From NCBI RefSeq assembly GCF_009834535.1, contig NC_045699.1, positions 17,546,001 through 17,610,000 on the forward strand: DNA of 64,000 nucleotides. The letters are read 5' to 3'. The DNA is from Camelus ferus. Its lineage: Eukaryota. Shown here piece by piece: positions 1-9,964 of the stretch. Every line of letters begins with the position of its first letter. Position 1 is the stretch's first letter. Under the pieces are notes generated by a model, which worked only from the letters and a program-made list of their open reading frames with translations, was not told where the DNA came from and made no database searches. The position numbers and the translations under genes are program-made.

Positions 1-693
1 CACTACATACTTTTCAGAGGTACATACCTCTCCACCTTTGCTGCCTGAAAACTTCCACATCTCTAAGAAGCTGGATTCTTCTTGTATTGAAGGTAAACTC
101 ATGAACTGTTATTGCCTTTTGACCGATTCCCTGCACTTTGGTTTTATTTAACCCTAAATATGCTTGCTACACGATGGCTATCTTCTGCCAACCTGGAATG
201 TTTCAAGTTCAGAATCCAAAATAATGAGGAAAATTGCCACAAAAATTTAATAGTGTTCATTATAGCACGACAAGTGCAATGAACTTCCATGCTAGGTAAT
301 GAAAAGACAAGTGATCTTAGAGTAAGCCAGTGGAAAGAGTGCTACACTTTATAGAACCATATAGATCGAATCATCTACACCTTATATATGTATTTCTTTT
401 GTATACATTTCAAAAGATTAAGTTTTTAATAAGTGGAGTTAAAACGTGTCACATTGTAGTCACTTAAGGAAGTGCCAGGGGGTATGTATACTATCTTTCA
501 GTTGAAGACATGACCAGGCTCCATCAGCTTGACTGGGCCCTAAGGCAGAAAAAGAGCATATTCAGAAATGATTGTCTACATAGAGGAAGACAAGCAATCA
601 GGAGAGAAACCCCTGTCCAGTCTTCTGCCCTACTTATCTAGTCATTATGTTAATTGTGTCCTTTCTATGTAATGATACAAACTAAACTTTCAT

Positions 694-750
694 GAGAGAG
701 AGAGAGAGAGGGAGGGAGAGAGAGAGAGAAAGGGAGAGAGACAGAGAGAC
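694..750. repeat. (GA)n-rich microsatellite
   Basis: Direct: gagagagagagagagggagggagagagagagagaaagggagagagacagagagac. Confidence 0.9.
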
Positions 751-2259
751 AAAGAGGGAAATATCTCATTTTTTACTCCAAGAAGTAGCTGATCTAAATG
801 GTCCATCTAGAAGAGCGGAAAGGCTAAAAAATAAAAAATAACTTAATCCCTTAGCAGAGCCATATGAACAGGGCTCCTTCGTTATTGTCAATGTCTGGGG
901 CAGGGGTCAAAATAGAAGCTATCATATATGCTGCTGTGGGTCAGATGCCTGAGAAAGCAGACCGTGAGACAGAGACTGGCATGCAAGGAGTTTACGGGGA
1001 ATGTGTAGATCAAGCACTGTGGCCAAGAGAATTTGAGCAGAAGCAGCTGCGCTGCAGTTTGTCACACAGGGCTTTAGCTAATCCCAAGGGAGCTCTGATG
1101 CTCGGATGACCCCGTAGCAGTAGAGTGCAGGGACCAGGCCTTTATACCCCCACACTGACCGGTAACTGGATGAAGGCTGCTCCAGGAGAGGCAAATAATT
1201 TTGAGCTAAATGACTCACTTTAGCCAAGAGCACTTTCCAGAGAGGATCTATAGGCTGTGAGCTGCAGCTCTATCAGCAGCTGGAGGGAGTAAGTCCTCAA
1301 GGTAGGTAAATCCACTTACCCATTTAAAGGGAGACTTGAATGGTGCATCAAACGTCTATTATAAATGCCAAAGTGTTGGATTTTATTCATCAGATTATAG
1401 GAAACAACCAAACTGTAGAAATAATATGACTAGATTTGATTTGTAAACTAAATATATTGGCTCCATTCTTGACCTAGGCAGTGCCTTGAAGAAGAGAGTC
1501 TTCCAGTTAGTTTCCTTAAGAAGGTGCCAGGGGGTTGGACAGGATGGTTCCACAGAATAATCTGTATTATTTCTCTGTAGGTATGTTCCAGTCTCCAAAT
1601 TTCTAAATCATCTGCAAAAATAGTGCCATCTTTCTGACTCTTGTAACCCAGGTAAGAGACCTCAAATCCCTTTAGGAAGCCTAGAAGGATCCTCAAGAGA
1701 TATGACTGCATAAACCTGGCTAACGGAGGAGCTGAATAAGCCTGGAAAGGAGTGTAATGGGAAGAAAAGAAGAATATCACGCTATCCAGTTATTGCCGCA
1801 TTATCATTTGCAGAAATCAGTTCTGCAGTCTCTGTAAGGCATTTGTTCTTTCTTTTTCAAAAACTACAAAGACTGAATAAAACTGTGGGACAGGAAAAAA
1901 AAAATCTCCTGTAATTTGGAAATGCATTAGGGGTAGGATGGAAAAAAGAATGTAAATCAAATTTATATTCTGTTTCCCAAAAAAATTTCAGTAAGCTAAA
2001 ATTACATTGTTTAAGATGGTAATTCTCTCAAACGAAAATGAGATAAGCAAAGAAGTAACTTTGACAAAATTATTGCTGAATTTGCTTTCAAGAAAGCCCA
2101 GTAAATTGTAACAAATACCGATTTTGGTATAAATAAAACGTTTAAAATTAAAAGAATCTGAGTTTTAATACATCCACTTTTCAATATTTTTAAACTACTA
2201 TAACGTTGTAGAAGCAGCTAACCATTAAAATTTAGTAAAATCATTTTAATAAAATTCGT

Positions 2260-2820
2260 GTCCAGATTGACGATGCCTTTCCCTTTCTTTGATTTCGACT
2301 TCCCGGAAACAACCCAGAATCTGTAAACACAGCACAACACGCCCTGCTACCAAGCCTTACAATCCCGTAAGAAACCCACGCGGGTGTAAACCGCTCGGGC
2401 CAAAGCCTCCCGTCAGGAAGGGAAGGAAGGGCGCGGGCAGGTGCGGAAAATGAAGGGCTCTGGGCGAAGCCGCGGCCGGCGGGGACCGGGAGGCCCGAGA
2501 AGGAAGCCGACTCACCGCTCTCGCCGCCCCCACGCGCTCGCGGGGCCCCGGCGGCGCCTCTCCCGGGCCGGGGCTCCTGCCCGCGGCGAACCCCACGTCC
2601 TCCCCGGGGCCGCAGCGCCCGAGTCCGTGGGGGCGGGACGCCCAGGCGGGTCCCGCGGGGTGGGCGGTGCCTGTCGGTCCGGTTCGGCGAGCTCGCGCGC
2701 CCCCTCCCGGCCGGCGGGGCGCAGTGAAGACAGCTTTGCGCGCATTGCTGAGCTAATGGCCCTGCTGCCCAGTTTTCACTGCGGTCCAAGCAAAGCGCTG
2801 GATTCCTGGTCTCTCCGCAG
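2260..2820. promoter_or_regulatory. CpG-island-like block A, copy 1 of 3
   Basis: Very GC/CpG-rich core at about 2330-2740 with GGGGCGGG boxes. Aligns by eye to 18700-19285 and 46010-46570. Minus strand has GAGCG/GTGAGT, a consensus splice donor, at 2510-2520. Confidence 0.75.
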
Positions 2821-2824
2821 ATGG

Positions 2825-3070
2825 CAATGGCAATCCACCACACCCCTCACATTTTACACAGTTAGAGAACATCATCCTCAATGTCATCAGTGAATAGCTT
2901 GGCAGCCCTGGAGAGCTTTGGTGATGCAGATGACCGGCTGTGCAGCCTTTATCCTGCTGAGCACCTTCCCACAAATGAGATGCTTAAGTAGGACACGGTT
3001 GTCATCTCTGCACTTGTCTCAACTTTGTTTCCACTTATTTTTTCAACTTCTATTTGTGGGCATCAGAAAA
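2825..3070 (-). pseudogene. 5' remnant (promoter, 5'UTR, signal-peptide-like segment) of a type I IFN pseudogene
   Basis: Minus strand gaaggtgctcagcaggataaaggctgcacagccggtcatctgcatcacc...ctgccaagctattcactgatg aligns with the 5' end of the 20830-21377 pseudogene. 2990-3160 aligns with 21475-21630. It reads LPSYSLMTLRMMF, and no mature-domain homology follows. Confidence 0.45.
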
Positions 3071-3509
3071 CAACATAACTTCAACACTTCTTTTGAATTA
3101 TAACATTGGAAGTGAAATACACTCATGGAAAATGACAGAAGTCTCAACCCAGGTCTACACTAAGTATTTTAAATACTTTAATACAAGTACAGTGAAAAAA
3201 TTAAAAAACAAAAATAAGTATAATATGAATTAAATTAACCCAAAAATACTTAAAAATATATATAAAATGAAACACTGTGCTTTTAAAATATTCCCACTTT
3301 TCAGTTATTCGATACTTTCCCCACCACGTCAATGCTGATCCCCGAAAGACCCCAGGAGACTCACAGAGCATCTATGGGCGTACATCGTCCGGTCCCCTGC
3401 CCCGATGATGGCCGTACAAACTCACCCCCAGGGCGACACCAACTGATCCCTAGCACGCCCCCAAAACCATCCAAACATCCCTACGTGCCCATAGGCTTTT
3501 TCCTTGGTC

Positions 3510-6500
3510 AGCCTGACAGGAAAGTGCTTAAACCTAGAAAAACAGATACCATCTCCATGAGTCATAGCCTCAGGCCTCTCAGAATGGCTTGACTAAACTA
3601 TGTAACTTGTCAAAGCAGCCGAAACCTAGAAAAAAAGATACAATTACATACTAGAGTCATAGGCTCAGGCATCTAAGGATGGCTTGGCCTAACGATGTAA
3701 CTTGGGAAAAAAGCCCAAACTAAGAAAGACGCATACAACCAGATACAACCACGTAGTAGAGTCAAAGCCTCAGGCGTATCTACAATGCCTTGGCCTAAGG
3801 ATGTAATTTAGGAAAATAGCGCAAACCTACAAAAACAGATACCACCTCAATGAGTCATAGTCTCAGGACACTCAGAATGGCTTGGCTAAACTATGTAAGT
3901 TGGAAAAGAGCCCAGCTGTAGAAAAACAGAACCATGTAGTACAGTCATAGGCTCAGGCCTCTGAGAACAGCTTGGCTAAACTATGCAACTTGGGAGATAA
4001 GCCCAACTGTAGAAAAACAAATACAACAATGCAGTGTAGTCATAGGCTCAGGCTTCTCAGAATGCCTGCTAAACTATGCAACTTGGCAGAAGAGCCCAAC
4101 CGTAGAAAAACTGTTACAACCATGTAGTTGAGTCACAGCCTCAGGCCTGTCAGAACGGCTTGGCTAAACTATGCAACTTGGGAGAAGAGCCCAACTGTAG
4201 AAAATGAGTTACAACCATGTAGTATAATCATAGGCCCAGCACTATAAGAACAGCTTGGATAAACTATGTAACTTGGGAAAAGAGCCCAACCAGAGTAAAA
4301 CAGATACAACCATGTACTATAGTCATAGCCTAAGGCCTCTCAGAATGGCTTGGCTAAAGAATACAACTTCAGAGAAGAGCCCAAACGTAGAAAAACAGTT
4401 ACAACCATGTAGTTGAGTCACAGCCTCAGGCCTGTCAGAATGGCTTGGTTAAACTATGCAAGTTGGGAGAAGAGCCCAAGCATACAAAAACAGATACAAC
4501 CATGTAGTTGAGTCATAACCTCAAGCCTCTCAGAACAGTTTTGATAAACTGTGCAACTTGGGAGAAGATCCCAACCATAGAAACAGAGTTACAATCATGT
4601 TGTATATTCATAGCCTCAGGCCTCTCAGAACGGCTTGGTTAACAATGCAACTTGTGAGAAGAGCCCAACCATAGAAAAAAAGTTACAACCATATAGTATA
4701 ATCATAGGCCCAGCACTCTCAGAACGGCTTGGCTAAACTATATAACTTGGGAAAAGAGCACAACCATAGTAAAACAGATACAACCATGTACTATAGTCAT
4801 AGCCTAAGGCCTCTCAGAACCGCTTGGCTAAAGAATACAACTTCAGAGAAGAGCCCAAACGTAGAAAAACAGTTACAACCATGTAGTTGAGTCACAGCCT
4901 CAGGCCTGTCAGAATGGCTTGGCTAAACTATGTACCTTGTCAAAAGAGCCAAAACCTAGAAAAAAAGATACAATCAAGTACTAGAGTCATAGGCTAGGGC
5001 CTATGTAGAATGGCTTGTCCTAACGATGTACCTTGGGAAAAGAGTCCAAACGTGGAATAACGGACACAACGGTGAACTAGAGCCATAGCCTCAGGCCTAT
5101 TTAGAATGGCCTGGTCTAACAAGGTAACATGGAAAAAGAGCCCAAACCTACAAAAACAGTTACCATCTCGATTAGCCATAGCCTCAAGCCACTCAGAATG
5201 GCTTGGCTAAATTATGTAACTTGTAAGACCAGCCCAAACCTAGAAAAAAAGATACACTCACATTACAGTCATAGGCTCAGGACTCTCAGAATGGCTTGGT
5301 CTTATGTTGTAACTTGGGAAAAGAGCCCAAACCTATGAAACAGGATAACATCTCAATGAGTAATAGCATCAGGCCTCTCAGAATGACATGGCTAAACAAT
5401 GTAAGTTGTAAAAGGAGCCCAAACCTAGAAAAATGATACAATCATGTACAAGAGTCAAAGGCTCAGGCCTCTAGAACAGCTTGGCTAAACTATGCAACTT
5501 GGGAGAAGAGCCCAACCTAAGAAAAACAGTTACAATCATGCAGTATAGTCATAACCTCAGGCCTGTCAAAACAGCTTGGCTAAACTATGCAACTTGGGAC
5601 AACAGCCCAACCTTAAAAAATACTGTTACAACCAGATAGTTGTGTCATAGCCTCAGGCCTCTCAGAACGGCTTGGCTAAACTATGCAACTTGGGAGAAAG
5701 GCCAAGCGTAGAAAAACTGTTACAAACATGTAGTTGAGTCACAGCCTCAGGCCTGTCAGAACGATTAGGCTAAACTATGCAAATTGTGAGAAGAGCCCAA
5801 ACTTAGAAGAACAGATAAAACCATGTAGTATAGTCATAAACTCAGGACTCCCAGTACGCCTTGGCTAAACTATGCAACTTGGGAGAAGAACCCAACAGTA
5901 GAAAAATAGTTACAAACATGCAGTATGGTCGTAGCCTCAGGCCTCTCAGAACGGCTTGTATAAACTATGCAAATGGGAGAAAAGCCCAACCTTAGAAAAA
6001 CAGTTAGAATCATGTAGTATATTCATAGCCTCAGGCCTGTAAGAAAGGCTTGCCCAAACTATGCAACTTAGGAGAAGAGCCCAACCATAGAAACATAGAT
6101 ACAACCTTGTACTATAGTTATAGGCTCAGACCTCTCAGATCAGCTTCACTAATCTATGCAACTTGGGAGAAGAGCCCCACCATAGAATAACAGTTACAAC
6201 TGTGTAGTATAGTCATAGCCTCAGGACACTCAGAAAGCTGCCTAAACTATGCAACTTGGGACAAAAGCCCAACTGTAGAAAAACTGTTACAACAATGTAG
6301 TATAGTCATAGCCCCAGACCTCTCAGAAAGCTGCCTAAACTATGCAACTTGGAACAAGAGCCCAACCTTAGAAAAACTGTTACAACCATGTAGTTGAGTG
6401 ACAGCCTCAAGACTGTCAGAAAAACTGGGCTAAAGTATGCAACTAGGGAGAAGAGCCCAACCATAGAAAAACAGAAACAACCATTTACTTACTATATTCT

Positions 6501-8835
6501 TAGCCTCAGACCTCTCAGATCGGTTTCGCTAATCTATGCAACTTGTGAGAAGTGCCCAACTGTAGAAAAACTGTTACAACCATTTAGTATATCCATAGCC
6601 TCAGCCCTCTCAAAAAGCTTGGCTAAATAATGCAACTTGGGCCAAGAACCCAACCGTAGAAAAACAGATAAAACCATATAGTATAGTCATAGGCTCAGTC
6701 CTCTTAGAATGCATTGTTTAAACTATGCAACTTGGGAGGAGAGCCCAACCGTAGAAAAACAGATACAACCATGCAGTATACTCTTAGGCTCAGGCCTCTC
6801 AGAACAGCTTGGCTAAACTATGCAATTTGGGAGATTAGCCTGTGAAGGAAAAGCCCAGATGGGCTAATGAGCTAAGTCACAAATCTAAGTGTGATAAGTG
6901 TCGGTTTACTGATATAAGTTCTGCCGGGCTAACTCGTAAATCTGAAGTTTAGTGTCAGTTTACTGGGCTAACAAGCTAACTCATAAATCCAAGCTCAACA
7001 AGTGTCAGTAACGTGATCTGTTCCGAATTGATAAGCTTCAGTGTACTGATTCCTTGCTTTTTGTTGTTTGAACCTTATTGGCTAATAGCCCCATACTTGT
7101 AATTAACCCTATAAAACCTCATGCGCATGTCTTGGAGGTGCTCAGAGCTTCGGAGCAGAAGCCTCTCTGAGCCCGCCAGCGTAATAAATCTGAGTACTCC
7201 AACCCTCTGAGTGGTGCTTGTTTCTTGGCTGGCCTGTCATTTCCGTAACAAGCCCAAACCATAGAAAAACAGATAGAAACATGTACTATAGTCATAGCCT
7301 CAAGCCTCTTAGAACAGCTTGGCTAAACTATGCAACTTGGGAGAAGATACAAACCATAGAAAAAAGTTACAATCATGTTGTATAGTCATAGTCTCAGGCC
7401 TCTCAGAACGGCTTGGTTCAACTATGCAACTTAGTAGTATAGCCCAAATGTAGAAAAACAGATACAGCCATGTAGTTGAGTCATAGGCTCAGGCCTGTGA
7501 GGACCGCTGGGCTAAACTATGCAATTAGAGAGAGAGCACAACCATAGAAAAAGAGATACAACCATGTAATACAGTCATAGCCTCAGTCCTCTCAGAACAG
7601 CTTGGCTAAACTATGCAACTTGGGAAAAGAGCCCAACCATAGAAAAACGGATACAACCATGCAGTATACTCTTAGGCTCAGAGGTCTCAGAATGGCTTGG
7701 CTAAACTATGCAACTTGGGACAAGAGCCAAACCGTAGAAAAAGATACAGCCATGTAGTTGAGTCATGGGCTCAGGCCTCTCAGTACGGCTTGGCTAAACT
7801 GTGTAACTTGGGAAAAGAGCCTAACCATAGAAAAACACATACAACCATGCAGTATACTCATAGGCACAGGCCTCTCATAACGGTTTGGCTAAACTATGCA
7901 AATTGGGAGAAGAGGCCAACCATAAAAAACAGATACAACCATGTATATAGTCATAGGCTCAGGCCTGTCAGAACGGATTGGCAAAACTTTGCAACTTGGG
8001 AAAAGAGCCCAACCATAGAAAAACAGATACAACCATATAGTTGAGTCACAGCCTCAGGCCTTAGCTAAACTATGCAACTTGGGAGAAGAGCCCAACCATA
8101 GTGAAACAGATACAACCACGTAGTTGAGTCATTGGCTCAGGCCTCTCAGAACAGATTGGCTAAACTACATAAGTTGAGAGAAGAGCCCAACCATAGAGTA
8201 ACAGATACAACCATGTAGTATTGTCATAGCCTCAGCCCTCTCAGAACGGCTTGGCTAAAGTATTCAACTAGGGAGATGAGCCTAACCGTACAGAAACAGA
8301 TACAACCAAGTAGTACAGTCATAGCCTCCGAACTCTCAGAACGGCTTGGCTAAATTACGTAACTTGGGAAAAGAGCCCAACCGTAGAAAAAAGATACAAC
8401 CTTGTAGGATAGTCATAGCCTGAGGCCTCCCAGAATGGCTTGGCTAAACTATGCAACTTGGGAGAAGAGCCCATTCATAGAAAACCAGATACAACCATGT
8501 ACTTTAGTCACACCCACAGGACTCCCAGAACGGCTTGGGTAAACTATGTAAGTTGGGAAAAGAGCCCAACCATAGACAAACACATACAACCATGTAGTAT
8601 ATTCATAAGCTCAGGCCTCTCAGAACGGCTTGGCTAAACTATGCTACATGGGAGAAGAGCCCAACCATAGAAAAACTGTTACAACCATGTAGTTCATTCA
8701 TAGCCTCAGGCCTCTCAGGAAAACTTGGGTAAAGGACACCATTTGTCCCGCAGAACACGGTTAAAAGCCCAGAAAACACGCGACATACTGTGTGCACTAC
8801 CAGACCTCTCAGAATGCCTTGTCTAAACTATGTAA
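3510..8835 (+). repeat. 95-bp tandem repeat array (about 50 diverged units), interrupted by a solo LTR
   Basis: Anchor CAGAA recurs at 4151, 4246, 4341, 4436, 4531, 4626, 4720, 4815, 4910, giving a 95-bp period. Consensus is about CAGAACGGCTTGGCTAAACTATGCAACTTGGGAGAAGAGCCCAACCATAGAAAAACAGATACAACCATGTAGTATAGTCATAGCCTCAGGCCTCT. Confidence 0.97.
6841..7250 (+). mobile_element. Solo endogenous retrovirus LTR (410 bp, ERV1/gammaretrovirus-like)
   Basis: TG...CA termini and a perfect 4-bp target-site duplication AGCC (6837-6840, 7251-7254) splitting one array unit. Also ATTGG box near 7077, CTATAAAA near 7109-7116, AATAAA at 7183-7188, and internal direct repeats in U3. Confidence 0.92.
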
Positions 8836-9240
8836 CTAACCCGGGTAACAGCGTAAAAAGAGCAAGAGTGTAAAAAGCCCGGAAGTTACGCAACCGTTAC
8901 CTGTTAGCTACCAGATAAAAACGCCGCTGGCGAGGCCGCGACTTGCAAGCTCTTCAGCGTTCAGAACCTCGGAGAAAGAAGAGTTTTTCCATGCACTTTT
9001 AAAGCCGCATGTAATCGCTCACTTAGGGCGCGATGTACTTCCCCGCACGCTGCTGGAGCTTCTGAAACTGAAAACTCGAAAGTTGGCGTTTCGCAAACGC
9101 ACGGGATCCGAAGTCCTCCTGCGCCCTCTCGCGGTCGCCTAGAGAAACACCCTCTCCCAGGACCCAGCGAAAGAACCGTTCCCAAATTCTTTAGCGGGGT
9201 CCGAGCGCCACCTCGTGGCCTCATCGCGAATCACTGACAT
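8836..9240. promoter_or_regulatory. CpG-rich block B immediately upstream of IFN-delta copy 1
   Basis: Dense CpGs, ETS-type CCGGAAGT at 8879-8886, IRF/ISRE-like GAAACTGAAA at 9064-9073. Ends a few nt before the ATG. Paralogous to 25143-25552. Confidence 0.65.
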
Positions 9241-9245
9241 TCTCA

Positions 9246-9779
9246 ATGGCCCAGATCTGTGTGCTTGTGGCAAGAGTGATGCTCTGCTCCCTCCCTGCTT
9301 GCTCTCTTCCCAGGAACTTACCTAAGAGCCAGAGCCTAGAAAACAAGGAGATCGTCAGGCTTTTGAGACAGATGAAAAGGACCCCCCTTCACTCATGTCT
9401 AAAGGACAGCAGGGACTTCAAACTTCCCTGGAAAAGAGCCAATATCACCCAAAACCAGACGGCTCCAGGCCCCTGTTGCTACCATCAGATGCTCCAGCAG
9501 ATTTCCCAAGTCTTCAGCACAGAGCACAGCCATGCTGCTTGGGACAACACCTCCCTCCATAAACTACTCTCCAGTCTTGATCACAGCCAGGACCAACTGG
9601 AGCAGACTGAAGAAGGCAATCTAGACTGTCCCTTTTGGGGAACTGCTGTTCGGGAGTATTTCCAAGCAATTCATCTCTACTTGAAGGAAAAGGAATACAG
9701 CCCCTGTGCCTGGGAGATTGTCAGAGAGGAAACTAAAAAGCGCCTTTCCTTCATGAAACATCCGAAATGGAAAGCATGA
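9246..9779 (+). CDS. IFND: Interferon delta-like protein, 177 aa, intact
   Basis: Signal peptide plus [49 protein letters not shown]. The lack of mature Cys1 and the short C-D region match my recollection of porcine IFN-delta. Confidence 0.9.
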   Translation: MAQICVLVARVMLCSLPACSLPRNLPKSQSLENKEIVRLLRQMKRTPLHSCLKDSRDFKLPWKRANITQNQTAPGPCCYHQMLQQISQVFSTEHSHAAWDNTSLHKLLSSLDHSQDQLEQTEEGNLDCPFWGTAVREYFQAIHLYLKEKEYSPCAWEIVREETKKRLSFMKHPKWKA

Positions 9780-9964
9780 GTGAACAAAGTTATTTTTAGA
9801 GAGAAGGACACAATCGATTTTGTCAAGAAATACTTTTCTAATGGGATTTCTACATTCTGTGAAAGTTCTTGGGGGTTATTTGCTATTCCCAACATGTGAT
9901 GTTTGTTTTCTTACATAAAGGTTGTTAGGGCTGTATGTCACTAAAGACACTTTTCAGGGAACAT

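Noticed and set aside
1448-1780. 110-aa minus-strand ORF
   Set aside because: No recognisable homology or gene context. Likely chance or a decayed repeat.
2241-2893. Overlapping 77-200 aa ORFs on both strands in CpG block A (also 18761-19660 and 46088-46676)
   Set aside because: Arg/Gly/Pro/Ala-rich low-complexity translations are expected from stop-poor GC-rich DNA. Starts and ends are not conserved among the three copies, and there is no recognisable domain.
3332-8637. Repetitive ORFs within the 95-bp array (e.g. 7697-8044)
   Set aside because: 95 is not a multiple of 3, so the frame shifts every unit. Stops are frequent and the ORFs are by-products of the repeat.
3510-8835. CRISPR-like interpretation of the regular array
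   Set aside because: The whole unit is repeated with no unique spacers, there are no cas genes, and the context is mammalian.
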